Origin: Candidatus Hodarchaeota archaeon
Lineage (GTDB): Archaea; Asgardarchaeota; Heimdallarchaeia; Hodarchaeales; Hodarchaeaceae
Length of the DNA: 64,000 nt
Assembly: GCA_029856365.1 (NCBI GenBank)
Contig: JAHQWW010000001.1
Location: 1-64,000 of the forward strand
Direction: 5' to 3'
In this document: in pieces, positions 1 through 8,864 of the stretch
Layout of the letters: each line of letters starts with the position of its first letter
How positions within the stretch are numbered: the first letter of the stretch is position 1
The notes under the pieces: generated by a model
Databases searched by the model: none
Told to the model about the DNA's origin: nothing
The model's input: only the letters and a program-made list of their open reading frames with translations
Made by a program: the position numbers and the translations under genes

Positions 1-1260
1 TTTGATCTCGGATTAGAGGCTGGTCATTCACATCGTCGAATTGTACATGCCAAAGATATAACTGGTGCTGAAGTTCACCGTGCTCTTTGTGCAGCATTGA
101 TGCAAAACCCACAAGTTAAAGTTTTTGAACAACACATTGCCATTAACTTGAAAATACGGGCAGGCTGCTGTTTAGGTGCTTATGTTTTAGATAAAAAGCG
201 AGATTTTGTTAAGAATTTCTCCGCAAAAGTTACAGTTCTTGCAACAGGGGGTTTAGGTAAAGCCTTCTTATTCACTAGTAACCCTGATGTGTCCAGTGGC
301 GATGGTATTGCGATGGCATATCGTGCTGGTGCCACGATAATGAATATGGAATTTATTCAATTTCATCCAACATTATTGTACCATCCCTATGCTAAATCCT
401 TCTTGATATCAGAGGCCCTACGCGGTGAAGGTGCACGCTTGATAGACAATGAAGGAAACCAATTCATGAAATCTTATGATTTCCGTCTAGAATTAGCTCC
501 ACGGGATATTGTTGCCCGTGCGATCGATTCTGAACTGAAACGAACAGGACTAGATCATCTATATTTAGATATTTCTTTTAAAGATCCTGATTTCATTAAG
601 ACTCGATTTCCAGGGATATACGATAAATGTCTCGCATTTGGGATTAATATCATAAAAGAACCGATTCCAATTGTACCTGCTGCGCATTATACAATTGGTG
701 GAGTAAGAACCACGATATCAGGAGTAACTAATATTCCAGGTCTTCTAGCCATCGGAGAAACAGCATGTACAGGGTTTCACGGAGCTAATCGTTTAGCTTC
801 TAATTCATTATTGGAAGCTGCCGTTATGGCTCATTTTGCAGCAAAAACCTGTTATGATATTCTACAAAAAGATAAATTAATTCAATCTTTTTCTCCTTGG
901 CACGCAGGAGATGCTGTTGACAGTGATGAGTCTGTTGTTGTCAGTCAAAACTGGATGGAGATTCGCTTAATGATGTGGAACTATGTAGGTATCGTTAGAT
1001 CTGATAAACGCCTTCTAAGGGCGAAGCAACGCATTCAATTACTCCAAAACGAAATTAATCAGTATTATTGGGACTTTAAGATCACATCCGACCTAATTGA
1101 GCTCCGTAACTTAGCTGACGTCGCTCAAATGATTATCGATTGCGCTTTCCATCGTAAAGAGAGTCGAGGCGTACACTTTTCGGTTGATTATCCCCATAAA
1201 CGTCGAACAGTTAAAGATACTCTAATTAGAAAGTCAGTGATGAGTGATGTATTATCTTGA
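1..1260 (+). CDS. nadB: L-aspartate oxidase (N-terminus lies outside the window)
   Basis: Frame is open from base 1 (FDLGLEAGHSHRRIVHAKDITG), upstream of the ORF-track start at 97. Motifs MEFIQFHPT, LISEALRGEGA, ELAPRDIVAR, AHYTIGG, GFHGANRLASNSLLE, ESRGVH. Confidence 0.9.
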   Translation, partial: FDLGLEAGHSHRRIVHAKDITGAEVHRALCAALMQNPQVKVFEQHIAINLKIRAGCCLGAYVLDKKRDFVKNFSAKVTVLATGGLGKAFLFTSNPDVSSGDGIAMAYRAGATIMNMEFIQFHPTLLYHPYAKSFLISEALRGEGARLIDNEGNQFMKSYDFRLELAPRDIVARAIDSELKRTGLDHLYLDISFKDPDFIKTRFPGIYDKCLAFGINIIKEPIPIVPAAHYTIGGVRTTISGVTNIPGLLAIGETACTGFHGANRLASNSLLEAAVMAHFAAKTCYDILQKDKLIQSFSPWHAGDAVDSDESVVVSQNWMEIRLMMWNYVGIVRSDKRLLRAKQRIQLLQNEINQYYWDFKITSDLIELRNLADVAQMIIDCAFHRKESRGVHFSVDYPHKRRTVKDTLIRKSVMSDVLS

Positions 1261-1358
1261 TAATGAACAAAATCATTTTTAACACAAAAACCTAAAGAAT
1301 ATAATTAAATAGAGATGTAAATAGACAAACAGTCGATCTTGAGGCAAATTCATTGTCA

Positions 1359-1523
1359 ATGGAAGAACTTCTCACAAAAGAAAATTATCCAGATTTGTCG
1401 GAACCTTGGGATATTCCGTGTATGATTTGTGACCATTTAGAAAAATGTAATATTGGTCAGGATTTTAATCCAATAGGATGTCCTTGGTTAAACCATTATT
1501 TAATGTTACAAATAAATGACTAA
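1359..1523 (+). CDS. Small Cys4 protein resembling the Rpc34/TFE-beta C-terminal [4Fe-4S] domain (not in ORF track)
   Basis: Manual translation, ATG 1359 to TAA 1521-1523: MEELLTKENYPDLSEPWDIPCMICDHLEKCNIGQDFNPIGCPWLNHYLMLQIND, with P-C-x2-C-x5-C-x7-P-x2-C. Confidence 0.7.
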   Translation: MEELLTKENYPDLSEPWDIPCMICDHLEKCNIGQDFNPIGCPWLNHYLMLQIND

Positions 1524-1631
1524 TGTTTTTTAACTGGTTTCATTCCCCATTTACCAGAAATAAAGCTGGCTATTGTTAATTCGTAACCCTTATCAGAAAT
1601 CATTTAATTAGTCAGATTTCTGTCCCCTTTT

Positions 1632-3080
1632 ATGAAGTTACTTTTAGTAGAACCACCTAAACGGTTTTGGTTTGTGATGGGGGAGTATCTACCACCTCCT
1701 TATAATCTTCTCATTTTAGCAGCAGTTGTAGAAAAGGAGTTACCCGAAATTGAAGTTAAAATTATTGATTGTCAAGCTGAAAAGCTTGATTGGGAGAAGT
1801 TAGGAGAACAAATCCGTAGGGAGAGGCCTGATATCATCGGATCAGGAAGTCATGCCACTTGTAATGTGTATAAAACGGTTCGAACCCTTGATCTTGCAAA
1901 ACAAATAGACCCAGAAATAATTTCGATCACGGGTGGTTCACATTTTACGATGCTTGATGAGGAGACACTCACTCAATATCCACATATTGATATTATTGTG
2001 CGTTATGAAGCAGAGAAGGCTCTTGTGGGTTTATTAAAACATTTTCAGACACATGGCTGTTCTACAGACAAATTGGAGAAAGTCCAAGGAATCGCATTTA
2101 AAAGAAATGATGAATTCCGAAGGACAACTGATTATTCACCCCTAACAAGTGAAGAATTGGAAAATTTACCCTATCCTGCTTATCATCTTCTTCAGGACAT
2201 GAATCAATATCATTTCGCCATGATGAGCGATGTTCCCTATATCCTTCTAGAAGGATCACGTGGTTGTACACATAATTGTACATTTTGTTCTCAAACTACT
2301 TTCTATCGCAGACATTGGAATACGAAATCAGTCAACCGTATTGCTGATGAAATGGAATGGATGTACAATACTTTTGGCAGTCGTTTTTTTTGGTTTACAG
2401 ACGATAATTTCTGTGGTGGGCGTCCTAAATTAATAGAAGAATTGTGTCAAGAGATGTTTTCTCGTGGATTAAATGGGGACGAAATCGAATGGTTTGCCCA
2501 GATGCGCGTAGATAGCATTCTGAAGGTCGGGGATGGATTAGCGACCATGAATCGAGCTGGGAATTATTGGCAACTCGTGGGAGGAGAATCCCCATTTACA
2601 GAAGTTTTAGATTCTTATCAAAAAGGCATTAGAGGGAACCAAACTGTAGACGCAATAGAATTATTGAGAAAAAATAATATTCTTGCTCAGCTAATGATCA
2701 TGCTTGGGCATGAAACTGAAACCCGAGAGTCAATCCAGCAAACCATGGAATGGGCTACAGATGTCGTTAAACCCGATTTTATCATTACAATGTTGGTAAC
2801 TCCTTACCCTGGAACACCAATGTATGAAGACCTCTATACAAAAGGGCACATTATTGATTATAATTGGACAAATTACGATATGATTCACGCTGTTTGTGAT
2901 ATGAAATATCTTACTGCCGCAGAATTACAAGAAGAGTTGTATAAAGCATATCGACATGTTTATGATAGTTGGTCTCGACGATTTAGAGGCATATTTGCCA
3001 AGAATAAGTATAAACGGAGGATTTTTTGGTACTACTTTAAAGCTGGCGTTATAGGCCAGCTTAAACGATTAATTCCATAA
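1632..3080 (+). CDS. Cobalamin-binding radical SAM protein (class B methyltransferase/BchE-like)
   Basis: N-terminal B12-binding-like domain (GGSHFT), SRGCTHNCTFC (CxxxCxxC), FTDDNF, TPYPGT. Confidence 0.85.
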   Translation: MKLLLVEPPKRFWFVMGEYLPPPYNLLILAAVVEKELPEIEVKIIDCQAEKLDWEKLGEQIRRERPDIIGSGSHATCNVYKTVRTLDLAKQIDPEIISITGGSHFTMLDEETLTQYPHIDIIVRYEAEKALVGLLKHFQTHGCSTDKLEKVQGIAFKRNDEFRRTTDYSPLTSEELENLPYPAYHLLQDMNQYHFAMMSDVPYILLEGSRGCTHNCTFCSQTTFYRRHWNTKSVNRIADEMEWMYNTFGSRFFWFTDDNFCGGRPKLIEELCQEMFSRGLNGDEIEWFAQMRVDSILKVGDGLATMNRAGNYWQLVGGESPFTEVLDSYQKGIRGNQTVDAIELLRKNNILAQLMIMLGHETETRESIQQTMEWATDVVKPDFIITMLVTPYPGTPMYEDLYTKGHIIDYNWTNYDMIHAVCDMKYLTAAELQEELYKAYRHVYDSWSRRFRGIFAKNKYKRRIFWYYFKAGVIGQLKRLIP

Positions 3081-3110
3081 ATGGGTAACATAGAGTCTGT
3101 TTTGGATTTT

Positions 3111-3950
3111 CTAATATTCTGCTAGATTTCCTTCTCGTCTTGCTGCTTGAACTGTACGTCGAAAGTACCATATACCAAGAAGAGGGAGCAGAATAGCCGA
3201 AATCACAACAATCGCCAATTCAAACTCAAAGGGTAATAATTCGGGTGCTTCTCCAATCATGACCGTACGAAATAAGTCTACACAGTAGGATAGAGGAATT
3301 AATCGAGAGATAGCTTGAATGAATTCAGGAAGGGCTGAGAATGGGAAAAACATTGCACAAATAACCATGAGAAAAAACTGAAGAAAGTTGGTGAAGGTAT
3401 TCATGGATTCTTTATACTTTAAAGCAAGTCCAGCAAATCCAAATGAGAAACCAAAGCATACAAAAAGGCTGAGAAACAAGATCATGATGCCAAGACCCAA
3501 ATTAGCAAGAGGTAACCTGCCAAAAACGAATGACATGAAGAAAAAAGTGACTATTACATTGAGTCCCGTCCATACAAGGTTTGCAAAAATCCTGGACACC
3601 AAGGTGGAGAAGTAGCTGATAGGGGTCATGAATAATGACTCTAAAGTTCCTTGATATTGTTCCTCTCGTAATGAGTTACCTATATCCCAAAGCGCTGTCG
3701 AAAGAAACATAAAAAGAATGAAGGAATAAAACATTATACCAACACCATAAGCTGCTTTTTCGGGGGGAGTCAAAACCAATGCTGCCACCGTAAAAATGAA
3801 CATAATAAAGAAAATCTGGAAGAAACTAAGGATAAAAGATAATTTATAACGAGTTAATACAGTAAATTCCTTTTTTGTCATTGACCAGAATTGATTCCAC
3901 CACATCTGAAAACCATGTACCTGTTGTTTATTGAGAGTGATTATAGCCAT
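3111..3950 (-). CDS. ABC-2 type exporter permease
   Basis: About six hydrophobic segments; EEQYQGTLESLFMTP and FFPFSALP..ISRLIPLSY are typical of ABC-2 permeases. Confidence 0.85.
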   Translation of the reverse strand: MAIITLNKQQVHGFQMWWNQFWSMTKKEFTVLTRYKLSFILSFFQIFFIMFIFTVAALVLTPPEKAAYGVGIMFYSFILFMFLSTALWDIGNSLREEQYQGTLESLFMTPISYFSTLVSRIFANLVWTGLNVIVTFFFMSFVFGRLPLANLGLGIMILFLSLFVCFGFSFGFAGLALKYKESMNTFTNFLQFFLMVICAMFFPFSALPEFIQAISRLIPLSYCVDLFRTVMIGEAPELLPFEFELAIVVISAILLPLLGIWYFRRTVQAARREGNLAEY

Positions 3951-3961
3951 GATTATTCCTT

Positions 3962-4828
3962 CTAAAATTGTCCTATTCCTTCTGCTCTTTTACTCCTTGC
4001 TTCTGTTTTTGCAAAGAGCCAATATCCAATGAGGGGGCATATGATAGCGAAAGCAAAAAGAACACCTAAATCCAGAAACACATTCCCGAAAAACCACTTT
4101 AAACCGATTAATGCCGCCTGGATGTCATGGGTAAGATAAAAACCTGGGAACATAAAAGCAAAAATCTGTAAAAATATGGGTAAAACAGTAATTGGAAAGA
4201 AAATCCCCGAGATTATTGCTAATGGCCATTGGAACGTGTTGAAAATAGTATTAGCCTGTTTGACTTTCAATACTAACGCGCCAAGAAGAAAAGATAAGCC
4301 ATTAACTGGGATCAAACCAAGTAGAAGAATAAATAGTGCTAAGAGTACTTGTCCCTGAAGTGGATTAACTCCAAAAATAACACAACCTAAGGTATATCCT
4401 AACACAAAGGTAATAAGCGATCTTGCTTCCACATAGAGAGTTAAACCCGCCAAAATGGAAAGCTTGTGAGCAGGAGACATGAAAAGAGATTCTAGAGTTC
4501 CAAGTGTCTGTTCACGACGAATAAAAAGACCAAAGAGCCAGAAGGATGTCGTAATTGAGGAAAAGACATTTGCACCTATTATCATGTACGCAATATAATT
4601 CGCTTCAGTCAAACCAGTGTTTTGCTGAAAGTTTGAAGATGCAGCAGCTGTAGACCCAGCCATAGCTTGGCCTAATAAAATGGGCATAGCAGCCAGAAAC
4701 AGTGGTATAAGAACATCCATAAGCAAAGATCCTTTGTATCGAGAAATTATTTTCACTCGAACAATGAATGTTCCTAAGAGTACCCCTAGATGATCGTTTA
4801 AAGACACATCGGTTGACTGTAATACCAT
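3962..4828 (-). CDS. ABC-2 type exporter permease
   Basis: REQTLGTLESLFMSP, SGIFFPITVLP; paralog of the adjacent permease. Confidence 0.85.
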   Translation of the reverse strand: MVLQSTDVSLNDHLGVLLGTFIVRVKIISRYKGSLLMDVLIPLFLAAMPILLGQAMAGSTAAASSNFQQNTGLTEANYIAYMIIGANVFSSITTSFWLFGLFIRREQTLGTLESLFMSPAHKLSILAGLTLYVEARSLITFVLGYTLGCVIFGVNPLQGQVLLALFILLLGLIPVNGLSFLLGALVLKVKQANTIFNTFQWPLAIISGIFFPITVLPIFLQIFAFMFPGFYLTHDIQAALIGLKWFFGNVFLDLGVLFAFAIICPLIGYWLFAKTEARSKRAEGIGQF

Positions 4829-4844
4829 CTCTGACCCTCATTCA

Positions 4845-5888
4845 TTAATTTGAAGTATCGCTTTGACGAGTGTCATCCATAAGGGAACGACCTGTGATAT
4901 TAACGAATACATCTTCTAAGGTTGTTTCTTGCTTGTCAATATTTCGGATAATAGCTCCTTTAACGTTTAGAGTTGAGATAATAACAGGGAGGATCTGGTG
5001 ACTATCTTCACAGACAACGCTTAGATAGGGTTTCTCCACTGTGGAACCATTATTTGATCGTTTTATAAGAATATTAGCTGATGTAACACCAGGAAGAGAG
5101 TTGACAGCGAGTCTAGCTTCTTCAGGGATAGTACCTTCAATACTAAGAATGTCAGACTGTCGTAATCCGTCTTTGAGTTCTAGAGGATCGTCAAGAGCGA
5201 TAATCTGTCCTTGATCAATGATTGCTATCCGATGACAAAGTTCTTCCGCTTCGTACATCTGATGAGTACAATAGATTATCGTTTTATTTTCACTCTCATT
5301 GTGTTCTTTTACGATTTTTCTGAGTCGTCTCGCTTCTTTAACATCTAGGGTGTTTGTAGGTTCATCTAACATCAGAATAGGAGCATCATTGATCAATGCG
5401 CGTGCAAAAACCATTTTCATTTTCATACCCGAGGAAAAAGTCTCAACAGTTCTATCTATATAATCTTCAAGTTCTAAAAGATCAATCAAATTTTCTATTC
5501 TGTCCTCACACAACTTTTTTGGGACATGATATAAAGCGCCAAAGTATTTGAGATTCTCTCTACCCGTTAGCTTCCAATAAAGCCCGCGCTCTCCCATCAA
5601 CATCGCCCCAATTGACATCTTAATCCCTCTCTCTTGATCTAATGAGAAACCATTTATTCTAACTGTTCCAGAGGTAGGTAAAAGTAGTGTAGTGAGAATT
5701 TTAATCAATGTTGTTTTTCCTGCTCCATTTGGCCCAAGTAATCCAAAAATTTCCCCTTGATTTACATGAAAAGACACATTTTTTAAGGCTTGTACCTTTG
5801 TTTTTTCGCTTTTAATAAGACTTTTCCTTTTTTTAGAATAATAGGTTTTTGATAAATTTGAGACTTCAATTATTCTATCATGATTCAT
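4845..5888 (-). CDS. ABC transporter ATP-binding protein (DrrA-like)
   Basis: Walker A GPNGAGKTT, signature FSSGMK, Walker B ILMLDEPT, H-loop THQ. Confidence 0.92.
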   Translation of the reverse strand: MNHDRIIEVSNLSKTYYSKKRKSLIKSEKTKVQALKNVSFHVNQGEIFGLLGPNGAGKTTLIKILTTLLLPTSGTVRINGFSLDQERGIKMSIGAMLMGERGLYWKLTGRENLKYFGALYHVPKKLCEDRIENLIDLLELEDYIDRTVETFSSGMKMKMVFARALINDAPILMLDEPTNTLDVKEARRLRKIVKEHNESENKTIIYCTHQMYEAEELCHRIAIIDQGQIIALDDPLELKDGLRQSDILSIEGTIPEEARLAVNSLPGVTSANILIKRSNNGSTVEKPYLSVVCEDSHQILPVIISTLNVKGAIIRNIDKQETTLEDVFVNITGRSLMDDTRQSDTSN

Positions 5889-5918
5889 AAGAAGAAACCT
5901 CCATAGACTGTTTCAATT

Positions 5919-5965
5919 TATACACTCGTGTATATGTTTTTTACACTTTACAATTTTGTGTAAAA
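5919..5965. promoter_or_regulatory. Inverted-repeat operator-like sites upstream of the ABC operon
   Basis: TATACAC-tc-GTGTATA (5919-5934) and TTTTACAC...GTGTAAAA (5939-5946/5958-5965), about 30-80 bp upstream of the ATPase start. Confidence 0.45.
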
Positions 5966-6029
5966 GAATTACGGTTTTATTTTAAAAATCATTTATAGTG
6001 GCAAAAATGGGAAATCTCAATATGAAATT

Positions 6030-6473
6030 TCAAAAAGAAAATGTCCCCAATACCATTCCATATTTTTGAATAATCTTCAAAAAAGAATTACGAAGGAAAA
6101 AAACTTCACTATCTGTTGATGTTTCACCTATTAGATCTCGAATAACTTTTACTGTATTTTTATCTTCTACTCTTTTGTATCCTAATGCTCCCTCTCCACG
6201 GTTTAATTGCTTAAAAATGTAATTCAATAATTTTTCTCGATCAGAAATTCCATTTACATACTTTCCAAGACGAATTGATGCAATTACTTCTGCTATTCGT
6301 CCAATTTCTGGAAGATGATTACTCCAATACGAAATAATTACTATATGTTCCTTTTTTGACATTTCTATTAATTTTGCTAAATTAGATGACCTAGGGATGA
6401 ACTCAAATTGAAGATTATTTGTCTTTCCAAAAAGAGGATCTAAAGATCCTAAACTTTTGAAGTAATCTAACAA
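6030..6473 (-). CDS. Hypothetical protein (frame stays open upstream to about 6566 without ATG; start uncertain)
   Basis: ORF track; no recognisable motif. Confidence 0.45.
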   Translation of the reverse strand: MLDYFKSLGSLDPLFGKTNNLQFEFIPRSSNLAKLIEMSKKEHIVIISYWSNHLPEIGRIAEVIASIRLGKYVNGISDREKLLNYIFKQLNRGEGALGYKRVEDKNTVKVIRDLIGETSTDSEVFFLRNSFLKIIQKYGMVLGTFSF

Positions 6474-6616
6474 ATATAATTTAGTAGGAATTTGTCCCTT
6501 ATTTTCTCCAATATCTTTTAGAATTTTAATCTGTACAAAGTCCGAAGCTCTTTCATTTAGTTTAGACTATCTTGGAATTCATTGTTAAGAACTACAGACT
6601 GGATTATATTTGATAT

Positions 6617-6832
6617 CTATTTTTGGAACTTTGGACGGCCCATCACAAACCAAAGGATAGCCCCGATCGGCCCGGTGAACACAATGATGATTGCCCAAAC
6701 TATCCGATCATCTTCCATGTTTTCTGTCCCTAAAAAGCTAATTAACGCAATTATCCAAAGGATAAAGCAAACACCTATAAGAAACACAATACTGACTAGC
6801 GGTAAGAAAACAATATCAAGCTGTTGTACCAT
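6617..6832 (-). CDS. Small membrane protein, PLDc_N-like domain
   Basis: DRIVWAIIIVFTGPIGAILWFVMGR matches the K/R-x-x-W...P-x-x-G-x-x-x-Y/W pattern of PLDc_N. Confidence 0.65.
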   Translation of the reverse strand: MVQQLDIVFLPLVSIVFLIGVCFILWIIALISFLGTENMEDDRIVWAIIIVFTGPIGAILWFVMGRPKFQK

Positions 6833-7074
6833 TCAATCACCAACCTGGTTCACGTTACTACTCTATTTAAATATTAAGATAGCGGAAATTTGCCTAAAAT
6901 CTGTCCATCTGAACGATCTTAAAATTCCAATCTATTAATCGGGTTTAAGAGTGAAATATAAATGAAATTTAAGACTAAATCCACAACATAGAATGAGTCA
7001 GAAGTACTTGAAATCAGAATTACAATTCATTGAAAGACTGAGAAAAATCAGAGGGGGCGATCCTTCGAAAGCTA

Positions 7075-7971
7075 TTAATCTTCAATTTCTTCAATCTCAC
7101 CATAACATTGGGATTTAGCAAAAAGGATACCGATCAAATGACGAGGAGCTAGAATATCATTATTAACTCGAAGATGATAGATAACGTTCTTGAAATCATC
7201 AAGTGAAATATCCTTCTCAATTGTGAGATCCCCATATACAGTTAAGTCAACCAATTGTTCAGTATCAAGGAAATATTCAAAGAAAGAACGAGTAAGATGG
7301 ACATCCGAGTCAAAACTTTTTCGAATAACCCGAGGAAGTCGGTCTCCTTTATATTTCTCAATCTTGGGACAATCTTTAACTTTTTTGACTAAGAGTAAAT
7401 AGAGATGGGAAGGAACCCAAATACGTTCAATATATTCAATTTTTTGGATTTTTTCGAAAGATTCTCGCGTAATATCTGCTCCTAATAAAAGATTCTTAAT
7501 TCCAACGATATTAATGACCTCATCACCAAGATTTCTTAATTCCTCCTCATCTAGTTCCAGAGAATCGATATTACTAATGGTATTACCATTTTCGCTGATA
7601 GAAGTATACCGATATCTGGCTAAAACCCGATTAATTAATTCAGCAACACTAACCCCATTCCTCCTCGCAATTCTACTGATATCTTTATACAACCGAGAAT
7701 CTAACCCACGAATGCCAATGACCTTCTCAGACTTCGAGATCTTAATATCTCGAGGAAGAGGGGGTAACGGAGGAAGAGGAGGAAGAGGAGGCGTAGGGGG
7801 AACACTGGGCCTCCGAGGCCAGTGAGGTTCATCATCAATGTCCTCATCTAGTTCATCATCGTCATCATCAACATCTTCGTGAGACGACCAATTATTTAGA
7901 AAATCTTCTTCGGATTCCCCATCATCAATACTTTTTTTCGATTTTTTACGCGGATCTGTCATCATCATCAT
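7075..7971 (-). CDS. Hypothetical protein with acidic and polyproline N-terminus and a ribbon-helix-helix-like segment
   Basis: Likely start in the ATG run at 7962-7971. D/E-rich tract, PPTPPLPPLPPLPPLP, then IGIRGLDSRLYKDISRIARRNGVSVAELINRVL (RHH-like). Confidence 0.7.
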   Translation of the reverse strand: MMMMTDPRKKSKKSIDDGESEEDFLNNWSSHEDVDDDDDELDEDIDDEPHWPRRPSVPPTPPLPPLPPLPPLPRDIKISKSEKVIGIRGLDSRLYKDISRIARRNGVSVAELINRVLARYRYTSISENGNTISNIDSLELDEEELRNLGDEVINIVGIKNLLLGADITRESFEKIQKIEYIERIWVPSHLYLLLVKKVKDCPKIEKYKGDRLPRVIRKSFDSDVHLTRSFFEYFLDTEQLVDLTVYGDLTIEKDISLDDFKNVIYHLRVNNDILAPRHLIGILFAKSQCYGEIEEIED

Positions 7972-8864
7972 CAAGACACATCTGAGACCTCTCGTGCTCT
8001 TCAATAATTTTTCTGGCCATGGTAATATAGGAAGGAAGATCAAAGTGATTTGAATCCCGTACGCTATTTTTGTCATGTTTCAACAGATAATTACACCCGA
8101 GCGGCCCTCAGAAGGGTTTTTGAATTCTTGTTTTACATAGTTAACTTATGTTATATAAAGTTTTTGATACATAATAGAATAAAACAAAAGTAAACAAAAC
8201 AAATTGTTGTGTCATAGGAAGAAGACTGAGCAACGTTAACACAGGATTGGATCACTGTTTAGGTTAACTGAATGCGAGCTGTATGGGACAGTTGTCTCAC
8301 AGGGAAACCAAAGAGATCGTTCAGAGGTTTTAAAAGAATGACAGTATTATTTTCACGATAACAGAAAATAATAATGAAGATGAGGACTTATCTTTATCGA
8401 TGTCGATTGCATCAGACCAAATTACGAAAATCGCGGTGTATTTCAGTTTTCTCGTGAAAAAATTCTTTGTTTTTGAGTATAAAAAGTGTTTCTATAAATG
8501 AAGGTTAGAAATATCTCGCTTCATCCTTATGTGATGGTCACCCGTGTTGATCCGTGAATTCCTGTGTGTCCTTGAACATGGGTTGATGTCTTTTCCATGT
8601 CAGTTATACACTTCATGAATTGGAGATTCCTATACTGATCAGAGTAAAGGAATTATTGCATTAATCCAAATAATTTAAAAAAAACCCCAATTATTTTCAG
8701 CATCGCATAAACAATTTCAAAAATTATCTTCCTCGTCAAGAAGGTCTGAAAACACGCTTACAGCGTTATATGATATTTTCAGATAATTCTACAAATGCTC
8801 CTAGGTTTAATTTATTCTTTGTTCTCATCAGGTAGAAATAAAGGATAGAAAAGAAGAGATTTCT

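Noticed and set aside
7514-7825. RGG-rich ORF on the plus strand
   Set aside because: Antisense shadow of the polyproline tract in the minus-strand gene.
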